Below are positions 14,532-28,450 of a stretch of 64,000 bases of DNA, one piece after another (position 1 is the stretch's first letter; every line of letters begins with the position of its first letter). The translations under genes and the position numbers were made by a program. Source of the DNA: Octopus vulgaris. Lineage: Eukaryota. The stretch lies in the NCBI GenBank assembly GCA_951406725.2, contig OX597831.1, forward strand, positions 18,290,001-18,354,000, given 5' to 3'. The notes beneath the pieces are model-generated. The model did not search any database and was not told the DNA's origin. It was given only the letters and a program-made list of their open reading frames with translations.

Positions 14532-14892
14532 ATAAAGACTATAATACAATAACGATTGTACTGTCTGAGTTTATTGTTATTATTGGTGATCTAAAGTTGT
14601 TTATCTTCACCATTGTCAAAAATAAGCATATATACTTAAAAGACAGGCTATTTTTATTTGTTCCACTCTTTCGTAAACTAACAAAATCAGACAGAGACAA
14701 ATGCACCACAGACAAAATATAATGTTGAAATTTATGCGTTCGGAATGACAATTTATAGCCAATATTTATGCGATAGTGTCTGTGGTGTGAAACAGCTTTA
14801 AGTCATTTTTAAATACTAACGCACATGGCGCATAAATACACACAAACACGCACACATATAAATGTGTGCATTTATATATGTACATATATATA

Positions 14893-14968
<76 letters not shown>

Positions 14969-15217
14969 AATTGTATGTACACACTTACGTGTTTATGTTT
15001 GTATCTATGTATATACTGGGTGAGTAAAAAGTAGCGCCCCGTTTCTGGCAAAGTCATGACGTAATTCTATTGCCGGTTATTTTTGACACTTTTGAAATTT
15101 AGTTAATCTGGATTGTATATTAGAAATATAGAACAAAAATTAGGCGTCAATTATCTCCGAATTTGGAAGTCTTACATGTAAAAACTAACAATGTATATAT
15201 TTTTTTTTATGTATTTA

Positions 15218-15708
15218 CCTAGTTTCAGCTCACGAGATGTGGTCATGCTGGGGCAACGCCCTTTAGTTTTGCTACATGATTTTACTTCACGAATGCATTT
15301 TAGCAACTGCCATTTGGTGCATGAGAGAGTTCGATGCAGCTGCCCTCATCTGCACCTCTTGCCGTGAAGTTGGTTCATCTGGGACACCTGACAAGAAGAG
15401 ATCCAGTTTCATTTTAAAGACATCTGCATCCACCCCCATGCAGGTCTCTCAGGTTCTTCGGGAGGATATTGAAGAGCTGTGGGCCTCGGAAGCCCAGGCT
15501 ATCACAGTATCTTGTCCTACATCTTGATGGCAAATTTGGAGTCCTTGGCACTATGCAGTGGAGCTTAGTTCTAGCATTTGTGTAACTCTCGATGCCAAAG
15601 TTTGGGACAATTCCTTCTAAGATCTTCCAGATGTATATTATGGCATATCTTTCTCCCCTACGCTCTAATGAATAGAGTCTCAATCTCTTGAGTCTTTCCC
15701 AATAGTTT
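15218..15708 (-). mobile_element. Second, shorter copy of the same CR1-like LINE 3' end
   Basis: Highly similar to 12838-13330; ORF 15414..15728. Confidence 0.85.
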
Positions 15709-15726
15709 ATATATATATATATATAC

Positions 15727-15838
<112 letters not shown>

Positions 15839-16157
15839 ACTACACAAATGCAATGAATGATACTCTACAGGTACCGAAACATTATTGTATCTAGATAAGA
15901 AACGGCTGAGGGAAATATATATTTGGCGTGTTTTTCCTCAAATACTCCATAACGAACGTTGCCGTTCTAAGAGGTTTTCCTTCACTTTTGTGCCGTAAAC
16001 TTGATAGGAGTTTCTTTTGTTTATATTTTAAAGTTCTTTCAGCCTTTTCGGTTGCGTTTATCGAAGTACGCCTCGATGTTGTATGATTGACCAGCATAAG
16101 TATTCTAATTTCGGTTAGTTCAATAGGCATTTAAGGAATACTGGGTTGACTTAGTAA

Positions 16158-16212
<55 letters not shown>

Positions 16213-18074
16213 TCTTACACCCATAAAATAATCAGAGAAAGTGTGTGCTTCCCCACGGACAAGTCATTCCCCACGGACAAGTCAAAGTGCAGAGAACTAC
16301 ACGTCGCCGATGCAACTCCACTTCAACAATATGAAGGAAACAACGGTGCGGGTGTAAGGGGAGAGAGAGAGAGAGAGAGAGACGATCCTCAAAGCTCGTT
16401 TGATGAGGTGGGCAAAACAACTAAGGACAAAAAAGAAGTGCACGGCGGCCAGCAACACCGAGGCTACTACTAACGACACAGCAGCAGTGTCAGTATTGCT
16501 GGCGATGTGGCTACGCATGGTAGGATAGGGAGCTCACCGGGTTATGAGCAAAGAGCTCTATAGCTGTAAACATGTGCTTCGGCTCTGTGGATGCTATCAA
16601 CATAGTGGCTAAATCACCCCACATAACAACGCAGATGAAATAAATGCTAGCACTGTGGAGAACATCCAGCAAATAAATAACTTCATCCACCAGAATATTA
16701 AAGTAACAACAAACTACCTTAGCAAGCACTCGGACTTAAGGCTACCGGTTTACACACGAAACTTTGAGTGGAAACTAAGAGTAGTAAGGTCCAGATAATT
16801 CCGGTTAATAACAAAGGTGTGTGTAAGGTATTATCTACGCATAGAAAAGACAGACACGACATTTAGACAGATTACGAATGCCACACACATAGCAATATAC
16901 AGATTTAGCCTCAACAGAACACACGAATGGTTCAATAACATTTCCACCTCATCACACAACACAACGACCTAAGAGAGAAGGGAAAATATGCAGATAAAAT
17001 ACTATAATACACACACAAAGACCAACCTGCACATACTTACAGTGAAATGTAAAAAGTAGAGATACATATGTAAACAAAAACAGGAACAATATATAAAGGG
17101 CCCTCATACAACAACAGCCACCTACTGGCTCACTTACATATACGATCAGGTATACGTCATTATTCATTATTAGATAATTTTTTAGGTACCTCCATTATTC
17201 CACGAACACACTTAAATTAAAAGATGGCTACTACACTGTTGCTGCCACCCGATATTCATTTGTAACCATAATAACTCCATTCCACGTACAATCGTCCTTT
17301 TATTACAAGTGGATTTTACTATCCCATATAGTATATTTGTCCGTATATCAAAATCCTAAATCTATTTTTCTCTACCAGATAAAATAATCACACCAAACAC
17401 TCCCATCCCACAATTGTGAGAACCGATCTGTTGACCTCCTCACTACCATTTCCCGTAGTCAATCACTATCCACGGTAATTCTCCCCTCCTCTCTCTGAGC
17501 TTTAATCTTTAGCAAGGGATTGATAACACCCCGTTCCGCATATATTTACTTATTCATTTATTTATTCACCTTTTGTTTCTTCGATTCATTCCCTGGAACC
17601 CACATTTCTAAGCCTAATATAATAACTTACACTATAATTGCCCACACCTCTTCTCCAGTCTCTCAAATAAATCAGTCTAGTGAACTCCAATTTACTTCCT
17701 GTACCTCCGGTCACTGAACATAAATATGTTAACCTTTTCACCCCAGCACCTCATGCCCTTAGCAGCCAATTTTGTTGGATTTTTTTCTCCAATTTCACGT
17801 TCAGCTTCGGCTAGTTCTTGGGATATTCTGTTGTTTTGAAATTATGCTTCATCTAATGATTGCAGTTTCTTGAAAATATGTAATGTGCACATTCTTCTAG
17901 TAGAACATGCGTCAGAAAACACTGCAATGAGCGGACATTTATCCATTGACAATTATTTGCTTAAATACACCATAATGTACACTCTGGACCTAGATGCTTA
18001 ATACTCATAGAAGTGATTTTCGATATGTGCACGTCCCGAATATCCTACTGCATAATTAATCAACCATAGTTGAT

Positions 18075-18330
18075 TAAAAAAATTCCCAATTTGGAAGAAC
18101 CCAGGACTGGATGAGGTCCAATGTTATTGGATGAAGAAACTGAGAGGGCTCAATGAAAAGACAGCACAACAGTTACATGAATGCTTGCAGGAAGACGCAG
18201 TATCTAGCTGGATGACACACTGAAGGACAATTTTTATGTGCCAAGGATCCTACAATGGACAGCTTTGGACCAATAATAACACCTAATGTAGGAATTAATG
18301 TCATGTGCCTTGGCCGGTGAACCGTGCAGT
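18075..18330 (+). mobile_element. R4/Dong-like LINE RT fragment
   Basis: KKIPNWKNPGLDEVQCYWMKKL...QLHECLQE...SWMT resembles the NWK.PG.D.V...W.K motif of RLE-type LINEs. Confidence 0.55.
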
Positions 18331-18514
18331 TACTTAACGTTTAGTGTTAAGCTAGTGTATTCATTTACTGTCTCTGTTTGCCTGTGTGGGGTTTTATAGT
18401 TGGATGTTTTGAACGACATTTCTATGAACTCGATTATACGGAAATGCAAGTGTGTGTTGGTGGTTGTCTGCTATTGCACTGAGAGAAAGGCTTCTATCTT
18501 TTGGGAAATTGAAG

Positions 18515-18576
<62 letters not shown>

Positions 18577-19579
18577 ATATAAATTAAGCAATGTAGGCAT
18601 AGATATATTTCTGTATCACCCTTTTATCTTTGTTTCAGTGTGTTTGTGTGTATTGTTAAGGACACGTTTTGTACTCAGTTATAACAATTATCAAGTTGTA
18701 ACTGTTTTACATAATGGATCTAACGATGCGGGTTACGCATAGACTATATAATTCAAGAAAGAATGATTTCAATTGTAAATACTAAGCGTAAGTATTTCTA
18801 ATTGTTTGGGTTCTCTGTCGTTTGATGCTTTTTTCTAGGATATTGCGTCGTCATCTAGTTCAAGGTCCACATCAGTAAGTGGAATTAGATTTCACATTTT
18901 ACCATGTTTCAGCGCAACTACTTAACATATGATACACTATACAGCTAGCTTTGTTACTGTTTTGTCTATTAACTGGGATGCTTCAATGAAGCGAATTATT
19001 CAACTATATCGTTGTGCAAGAAACTGATAATCTTACTTGTAAAGTTATTTAAAAGTACTTCGACGATACAATCCTTCCTGCGATTCCAGACGAACTAACC
19101 TCACAACAAGAGACTCAATCACGGAGTATAATAATGATGTACTAATTAGCAAGAAGAGTGCAATCATACTTCTTCCAGCACCAAAAATAATCTGGAATAA
19201 GTATCAGTTGCGTAATCGTCATAAGAACATAAATCTGAGATGGAAATTTTAAAAGAATTGATGGATGAATGATTATATATCCAAGTGAAGGAGCATATAT
19301 CTGTGTAAGTTTACGAGTGGCATCTCACTGAAACTGGTGCATACGGAGGTATTAACGTTTCTTAACTGTAGCATATCGGTCGAGTTACATACACCGATAA
19401 ACAAACACTTACTTTCTAGAAACGTGTCTTCCATTCTTCTGTATTGCAAGCAAATTATGTGAAGTCTCATAGATCAGCATTTACTGGATTAGCGTGTAGG
19501 AAATGCAATGACAAATGTCATTATCTAAAAAGTTGATGCAGCATATGTTACATAAGACTCAATGTTTCAAATAAGACAT

Positions 19580-19664
19580 ATGGCGGTCGGTTGGATGATA
19601 AAGCACAGAATTCAAAGACACAAAATCATATATCTTTCAGTGTTAACTCTTCTTCTCTCATTTG
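19580..19664 (+). pseudogene. Orphan first exon of the 6-Cys family (gene C): homologous start is ATA, with in-frame ATGs upstream
   Basis: 19628-19664 ATA TAT CTT TCA GTG TTA ACT CTT CTT CTC TCA TTT G|gtaagt (IYLSVLTLLLSFG), 37 nt like the other first exons; in-frame ATGs at 19580 and 19595; no exon 2 found before gene D. Confidence 0.7.
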
Positions 19665-21974
19665 GTAAGTATTTATACAAGGTTATTCTTTCCTTACTAA
19701 TTGAAACTTCAATATCTTTCAGTATATTTCTATGAAAATCACTATATCGGAATTATAATATATCTGTACATAACTTTATTAATTTCCTTTCCTTTCTTTT
19801 CTTTGTCAACCGATCGATTTACATTTCCAAGTATATATTAGGACTTGTACAATATAAGCCGCCATGGCTGTGTAGTTAGGAAGTTCGCGTGTTTTTTTGT
19901 CTGGATCCACTGCGTGGCATCTAGAGTCAATGTTTAATGCCGCACTCTGTTCATATGTCTCGACATCACCACAAATTCACAATCGGTATTGGTCTATCTA
20001 AGTCCTCATCACTTGGGCGTAACGAAAAAGGTGACCGAGAGAAAATGGAAAATAACTGACAAAAATGCGTTTTGTTGTGGATTGGTTCGACATTTCAGGG
20101 CTGTGGGCCATCAATGCCACACTGTAACCTATAAAACAAGTTAAAGTTAAAAGATATATGCATATCTTTATCTCTTATTCAATACAAGACAATTTATTCA
20201 ATTGTCGATAAACATGCACGTCTGTGAATGTTTATCTGTGTATAGAGTAATATGCTTTATTTAAAAGCAGCAGAAATTTAACAAATTGTTACTCAGAGTT
20301 TCACCTTCCCGTTTGTCGAACAGTTTTGTTAAAATGGAACCGAGATGACACTTCGATCAAGACTAGCATAAACGATACACCTTTTGTTTTATTGGTCCTT
20401 TCAAATAACGGTCATATGCGAGCGATAAACAAAATAAACAAAACAAAATAAAGAAGTTCAATAAAAAAATTATAAAAAACGAGGAAAAACCTTAAATCGA
20501 AGAGTTGATTCAAATACATATTGTCATTAATAATGTAGAAAATATAATTCGAATAATACAATTAATACAAAAATTGAAATTTAATATTAAAATATATTAA
20601 AATATCTCACAACAGTATATACTCATACTAAACCATCAATATACATGTATTCATCAAAATACACAGAGAGATGTGCACAGACCACATATATATATATACA
20701 GACATATAAATGCAAAACGAAAATATACACACAAATACATGTACACATATGTATACGAAATCTTGCTCGCATGCAAAAATCACTTGGTGTATACATATAG
20801 ACTAGAAGTGAAACCCAGAGAGGGGGAAGAAAAGAAAATCTAACGATCTTATAAGCAACAGAAAGTTCTAATTCTTATAGTTCTTAAATCTGACAGGAAT
20901 GTGTCAGTGTAACGATTGTTAAACTGATTTGTCTAAATTGTTTGTATTTCCTGTCCTAAGAATTGCTTATCTGAACGATGAACCGAAAAGCTATAACAAC
21001 ATAAAAATCAAATTAAAATTCAATTATCTTCCTTGGCAGAAAGGACAATACTTTCAAGAATTCACGTTGTATGTGTCTAAGAAATATGATTTGGTAATGT
21101 TATATATAATCAGGATTGTCCTGATCCAAAAACGTCTTCGTAGAGTTTTTTGAAATATTAAAAAGAGTGACATATATCTCTCATGTGAAAAGATTGCGTT
21201 GAGGCTATTATATTATGGACTTTTCTTTCTCAGGTTTAGAAAACGGAACGTAAAAGTTCATCTGCAAAAGTAGCTCGATGTCTGTTTCTCCTGAAACAAC
21301 AAGCAACATAAATTTTAAAACAGGAAAACAGCAAGGCTGTGTTTCTAAGAAGAAATTGAACCTATGTTTGAACCCACTAATAAAATTTTGTTCCTAAGCG
21401 CGTGCGTCCAGAATGTAAGAATTGCAGATATTTAAATGAATATAAGAGAACTGGAAAACGAACGTATGAAAATAATGAAAAACAGAACTAAAATTGGAGA
21501 TTAAGAACACTCGGTGATATAAAGTAAGTAATGAAAGAGGCCAAATATAGAAAGAAATATCTGAGAATAATGAGAGAGAGAGTTAGTTAAAAATACCAAC
21601 TAGAGAGAGAAAGCGGAGGAGGAGATGAAGAAAGAAACATAGAAAAACAGAAAAGGGTAGACAAACAAATACAGGTATGTTAGGAGGACGAGATATGAAA
21701 TATAAAACAGACTGTGGTGGGGGAAAAAGGATATAGAGGCCATAGGAGAATAAATTACAAACACACAGAGTAAAATGTGTAAGCAAAATTCAAAATAATT
21801 AGACGCAATTTATATACACACACACGCACACACAGACATCTATCTATATATATATAACTTAGAATAACTTAGAAAGGTTTTTGGCCAGTATTGGCCCAGG
21901 CCATGTCTAACTTAATAGCACCACCTGGCGAAGTCTTTCAGTTCAGGATTTGGGCACCAAGGCCCATTCGAGCA

Positions 21975-22240
21975 GAGAGTTATACAAATTCAGCTTCTCT
22001 AGTCTACCCCAGTAGTCAAGGTCTGACATGCCATCTATCTTTTTTGTGATTGACGTTTGGGGAGCTTCAATTCTCATAATATTTTGTTTTGTGTAGGGAG
22101 ACCACAGTGGACAGCAGTATTCAAGGTGGGGTCGGGCAAAAGTGGAGAAGAGAAGGATAATAGCGTGGGAATCTCTCGACTGGAAGGTTCTGAGAATCCA
22201 GGAACACATTCTGCGGGCCATGTCAACTTTGCTGCTTATA
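21975..22240 (-). mobile_element. CR1-like LINE fragment
   Basis: ARRMCSWILRTFQSRD...RPHLEYCCPLWSPY...DYWGRLEKLNLY. Confidence 0.8.
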
Positions 22241-22357
22241 TGTGTATATATATATATCATCTTCATCATCATCATTATCATCATCATCGTCGTCATCATC
22301 ATCACCATCACCATCATCTTCTTCTTCTCCTTCTCCTTCTTCTTCTTCTTCTTCTTC

Positions 22358-22388
<31 letters not shown>

Positions 22389-22479
22389 ACATCGTCATTT
22401 TCTTCTTCTTCTTCTTCTGCTGCTTCTTCTTCTTATTATTATTCTTCTTCTTCTGCCCCCCCCTTCTACCTCTTAACTT

Positions 22480-22877
22480 TATCACTAATGCTTTTTAGTA
22501 AAACACCTACGCAAATTCCATAAACAAACCTTTCAATAGAAATATTCTCCTGAATTGAACTGCAACTGCTAGCCGTCACTGACCATTCAAATTACGACAA
22601 TCAAGGCACTCCCAAATTTTCCCCCTCTCCTCATCAACCTTCTTCTTCTTCTACCCTACCAAGAATTCACAACGACCTCGAACACACAAGTGCAAACAAG
22701 GGAGACAGAGAAAGGCAGAATGCCACTTATATTTGAACACTATACAAATATTCCTTTAAGAAAACTTTTCTTTCAATTTTTCTAAATATAATTATTTAAT
22801 CGTTACAGTTGAAAAGGTCTCAAAATGACCGAAACCGGTACTGAAATTATTTTAGCATTTTCTATCTTGACTTGTTT

Positions 22878-22880
<3 letters not shown>
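22480..22880. repeat. Dispersed repeat next to a (CAT/CTT)n tract; inverted copy at 61365-61775; carries a degenerate hammerhead-like motif
   Basis: ttgaaaaggtctcaaaatgaccgaaaccggtactgaaa at 22809 and its reverse complement at ~61400-61440; flanks also match. Confidence 0.75.
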
Positions 22881-22929
<49 letters not shown>

Positions 22930-23297
22930 TTATAGCTTATCAACATTAACCAAAAGTAAAAAGAGAAAAAGACAGTCTGAACGCAATCTTTTCACATGAG
23001 AGATATATGTCACTCTTTTCAATATTTCAAAAAACTCTACGAAGACGTTTTTGGATCAGGACAATCCTGATTATATATAACATTACCAAATCATATTTCT
23101 TAGACACATACAACGTGAATTGTTCAAAGTATTGTCACTTCTGCTAAGGAAGATAATTGAATTTTAATTTGATTTTTATGTTATAGCTTTTCGGTTCATC
23201 GTTCAGATAAGCAATTCTTAGGACAGGAAATACAAACAATTTAGACAAATCAGTTTAACAATTGTTACGCTGACACATTCCTGTCAGATTTAAGAAC

Positions 23298-23685
23298 TAC
23301 TAGCAGTATCGCCCGGCGTTGCTCAGGTTTGAAAGGGAAATAACTATAAAGCATTTTTAGAGAGTTATAGCCAAAAAATAGCAAAAAAATGGGGAAAAAA
23401 TAATGGCAAATTTTTTTTTGAGAGTTAAAAAAGGTGGAGTTGCGTCCCCTAGACAGTCTGTGGTTTGTGTTTCTGATTCTCGACCCCATGTCGAATTTAT
23501 CGATTTTTTTCAGAACTGGGGGAACTTTTCAAAATTTTCGCTGCGTTAGTTTTGAATTATGACATTGGGCTATGTGTGTGTCAAGTTTCATCAGAATCGG
23601 TTGAAAGCCGTGGTCAGGGTGAGGGTACAAGCAAACAGACACACAGAAACACGCACAGACAAACTGCCGTTTATATATAGAGAGA
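23298..23685. mobile_element. Non-autonomous Helitron/Helentron-like element
   Basis: Begins actagcagtatcgcccggcgttgctc (hairpin like 11241) and ends acagacaaactgccgtttatatatagagagat; similar architecture at 33961-34438. Confidence 0.55.
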
Positions 23686-24416
23686 TAATTAGTTTGTAGT
23701 TGTTTTTGTCAACAAAGTATCGTGTGCTTTTTTGTTGAGAATGGCTTTGTTAAGCAGTGACGATTTTTACAATCCCGTAAATAATAATAATAGCATTCTA
23801 TAAGCTTGAAGCTTACAGCGATCAGCGCGCATGATGTTCTCTTATAACAGCACTTTGAATTGAAGTGCCTCCATGATAAAACTTTAACGTAAAAGGAAGT
23901 CTAAGTCAAACAGTCAAAATGAAAAATTAATATTCTACATTGTCTTCTTCGCAATGAAATAACGACGCTGCATATGCAGTGATGAGTGTTTCGGATGGCA
24001 CTCAGCTCATTTATATGGACATCAACATCTAAAAAAGCCTCAAGCACAAAACGTATAAAGAATTACTGATGCATATTTTGCGCATAACAGGCGTGAGGTT
24101 GTATGTGTGTGTGAGGGATAGTTTCGTGTGTCTGCGTATGTGTGTTTGTATTCATTTCCGATCGGAGTCTCTGCAAAATTACACTTTCTTTTCTTTTATA
24201 TTGTCTACTCATTCGTGAAGTTACATTGGTCGGGTAAGAGATAGCGCGTAGGAACAGTGGGTTAGCGTATAATATTTCAGCTTGCTCAAACATATCATGG
24301 TATTTAATATCGCGAAGCGCAACATATGTTACATTGTGTTTCATTAAGGTAAAGCACCTCTCGGGCACTGTTATATCATTATTCATATCCAATGAAGCTG
24401 AAACGACAACACCGAA

Positions 24417-25614
24417 ATGAATACTTCTGCGTTTATTTTAATTCTCTTATTTGGTAAGTTGCTAAGCATTGATATTTTCTTTACGTATTCACTTGTCAAT
24501 AACTTTCGGTATATTTCTCTTAACAAATATGTGTATATGTACTTACATATTTGTCTGCACTTGAAGAATTGCCAAGTAAATGTGATATTATAGTCGTAAT
24601 TATATATGTAGCTAGTTCTATGTCTGTGTGCGCTCGCGTATGTTATGTGCATGTGTACATAGACCTATATATATATATTTATGTATGTAGATTTATTGGA
24701 TGAATATGTATTTGTGTGTGTGTGTGTGTGAGTGTGTGTGCATGTACCTATATGTGGAATACGTCCTGTAAATGTGGCTCTACCATAGGAATTCCAGAAT
24801 CTAAGGAGTGGGAAACTTTCTCTTAACAACATGTGTAGCGACGTCTGCTCAGCCTTGAATTTTCATACCAAGATTCCTCTAATTAGCATATGGACCACCT
24901 CTAATTCTCTTTAGACATTTCTCAGGAGATGGTATGCAAGAAATCTAAATTAAAATTCAACTTTGGTTGCTTCCACCTCCTTTGTGTCACTGGTTTATAA
25001 TTGAATGCGCTTTCAGAGGAAGCCACGGTAGGCATAATCTGACGAGGGACTTAATTTCTATAAAATGTTTTAGAAATTCTCTTCGTAATACTATTTGCAT
25101 AATGAGTTTTGATAATCTAAAATCTACACTAGGAAATATGAAAGACCTAATGTATTCGTTTTCTAGGTTCCGTTCTCTCAGATACGTGCATGGAACTCGC
25201 ACTTTGTGTGTGTAAAGAGGATTACATTGCATATTTGAAGAATAGTTTCCACTGCAAGTATGTATTATTAGGTTACTATAAGTCACATTCATATATAGCT
25301 TTCACACACATTTTTCTATATGTATGTATGTTTGTGCACACACACACTCATTCACATATATATGCAAGACACTTTATTTCACATTGCCCCAGTTCACTCA
25401 ACCGTAGAAATGTGTTGTGACACCACAGGTGCTAAAATGTATCGGCCTTTGCCTTTTCCTTGGATAACATCGTTGGTGTCGAGAGGGGAGGCTGATATGC
25501 ATGGGCGACTGCTGGTCTTCCATAATACAAACTTACCCAGACTTGTACCGCGGAGGTTAACTCTCTAGTTACAATCTCATCGTCATTCATGCCCAGAGGG
25601 GATCACACTTCACC

Positions 25615-25654
<40 letters not shown>

Positions 25655-28450
25655 AAGAGTAAGAGGTTACACAGGATTGAATCTAGATACTGTAAAATAA
25701 ATAAATTTGATCAGTTACATGAACCAAATTGTGTTCATAAATCACATGTAAAGACTGGGAGAAATGTTGAATGTATCGAGTACAACAATTTATTTCATCG
25801 GAGCCCGCATGCTCACAGAGCAGTGATTCTTACCGATAGGTAGAAATTCATTTGCTCAGGGACTTGATATGATATATTAATTAAAATTATATCTTTGTAC
25901 TCAAATTAGCACTGAAAACCAATGCAACGGATTCTTCAAACAGCGTTACATAGATATTTCATTCCTAATACTTGTACACAATTATTGAAATCCAGCGACG
26001 TGGTTATGAATTGAACTTCCTTACCATAGAGCCATATCAGGGAATAAATTTGTATTTTTTAAGAAACACTCGAAAGAGAAAAGATAAATTTAAAGACGAT
26101 GGTTTGATGGCAAATTATTATGATGAAAGAGATTTGAAAATTAACGTTTTAACTTCTGATTTCAAATTTGTATTCCAGGACACGCAGACAGTTTCTGAAC
26201 TGCTTTACAGGAGAGGATGATTACTGTTACACTCAATTTCACAACAAACTTTATTGCAAGGTACGATGTTTGTTATCCTCATAATTCTGTGGAAGACAAT
26301 TGTAGCAAATAATTAAAGTAACAAGCAATAATCCTTACCGTAAATTATTCTATTGAAATTTCATACAAAACAGATTATATAACGCTGTGATTTATTTTGT
26401 CAATGGGAACTTTTAATGGTATTCGAGAAAATGGAAATCGCTGGACGCGAATGGAATGGCTATGCTGTTTATTTCCGTCGTATACAGCTCGGGAACATTA
26501 AACATTACAAATACGGCATCGATATCCAGTCCAAGAATTTCACAGTCGGTGTGACGATATAGCAAAGACCACAGGTGCAATCTTTCGCAGTTTAGGTTTC
26601 TGCAGAAAATGCAGCGTTTATAAAATTAACATTTGAAATTACCAGTTAGTAAACCTGACGCACACTCTATATTTCAATCAACATGGGAATAAAAAATGCT
26701 CATTACCAAGAGGTATTAAGGTGCAGAACTCAAAACTTACTCAACATAGGAAACGTACAGCTGAAATCTATTTTTAATAAAATTCACAGATGTGATTAAT
26801 GTTGCAAATGGTACAAAAAGTGTCCCTGATTATTCTGATGATGTTCTGAAAATCCTTGTGTGGGTTATAATTTAAATACAACAACAGTGCGAGAAACATT
26901 CTCATAAGATTCGTAAGTTTCAAGATCAAAATATATTTGGGGTTGAAAATTTTCACCTAAAAGTATAGGCATTCAAACCTTATTTCAGAATGCTTTCACA
27001 ACTTTCAAAATGGTCGTAACTTTCCGAAAAGTCATTTTCCTATTTTACAAAATTATATTAGGACATACGTGATTCAAGTATTTCATTTACATTATAGAAA
27101 GCATATCTTGCCGGTTTTGTATTCAACAGTAAAGGCATACGATATCCAATAAACATATTTGGTAGTAAAACTCTTTGTATTCCTTAATTTTTTCTAGAAC
27201 TGTTCGTTAAGAAATCGATGAAAATACTAGAAATATACTCCATCAGGTCGTTATGAATGTTAATCGTATAAACTATAAAATTAATTCTTTCCACAAAAGG
27301 CACAGCGAACAAAATTTGGGGGCGGGTGATGATCGATTACGATGACACCGATACTCAACTAGGACTTATTTTATTGGCACTGAAAGGAATTTGAATTTAT
27401 CTACTAAGCATTATGCCCGACGCATTATCAATTCTGCCAAATGCAAGTAGTTTGACTTCTACGCTCAGCCAAGGCAAGCATACTGCCTTCTTTCTTTTCA
27501 CACCGATTGCATTATATACTGGGTGTTGATCGAAGAAGGTTGTACACAGATCAGTAGAATATATTTATAAAGTAACATTAAATACAACTATGTTTTGTTC
27601 TTTCATTATTCAGTATACTTTGGCACTTTACTTTCAGATGCGCAACTCTAGCAACCGACGGGAGGTACGTTGATTTCATCGTTACTGAACTCTTGATGAA
27701 CTGTTTTTAATTAATTATGTTTCATATAAATTTCGTTTCTTGACAGCATCAATTTTCAAGTTTTTCATATTTGTCGTGAACTTGTTCACAGCGACATTTT
27801 GAATTATACACAGAATATCATTACAATTCTAATATTTTCCATGTTTAAATATATATTTTAATATATTACTTAATAGTATTTACAATATGTTGAATATTAC
27901 TTGAATATAATTGCAATATATGGAATAGAAATTGCGCCTTATAACAATTTCGGAAATCTTTCGCATAACAATTCTTACATAAGTTGTTTATTATTTCTAA
28001 TACCTTGAATAACACATCATACAGTTGAAGTAAACATCGGAGATATATTCAGGGGACTGAAGATTTAAGACCAAGAACATCTATATGGAAGATTCTCTAT
28101 TCAATGCGGAGGTAGGGCCGAATGAAGCATCGTTGATAAAAACATTTTTTCAACTGTGTCGTTATCAAACTCAACAAATATAAACTGCTCTTGAAATCGA
28201 TATATCTCGAGCATTTTTCCGTTCTTTTAAGGTTCCTTACCAATTTTCACCAAGACTCACTTAACTAAACTTGGTACGAAATAACATGCAATAATTCATT
28301 GAAAACTATTACACAGAACATTTTTATATACGTCATATCGCACCATTTTCAATATGCCTGAATAAAGTTAGTTTTCATTTCTCTTTACAGATAAAACGAC
28401 AGCCACTGTTCCTTCCAGCTATTGTGTTCACATCGCTCATGCATGACTAA
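24417..28450 (+). CDS. Gene D: complete 5-exon gene for a 98 aa secreted, probably GPI-anchored 6(+1)-Cys protein
   Basis: Exons 24417-24453, 25167-25257, 26179-26260, 27638-27664, 28391-28450; GT..AG, phases 1,2,0,0. MNTSAFILILLFGSVLSDTCMELALCVCKEDYIAYLKNSFHCKTRRQFLNCFTGEDDYCYTQFHNKLYCKMRNSSNRREIKRQPLFLPAIVFTSLMHD*; TAAATAAA. Confidence 0.88.

Larger units (their letters stand above)
20878..23299. repeat. ~320 bp near-identical inverted repeat pair (20878-21200 and 22980-23299)
   Basis: ttcttaaatctgacaggaatgtgtcag...tcatgtgaaaagattgcgtt matches the reverse complement of aacgcaatcttttcacatgag...ctgtcagatttaagaa with few mismatches. Confidence 0.9.

Noticed and set aside
25801-25880. Faint exon-2-like text (GCT CAG GGA CTT GAT); similar weak hints at ~8717 and ~24789
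   Set aside because: Stops or frameshifts in all three and no AG acceptor at 25801; cannot be distinguished from chance
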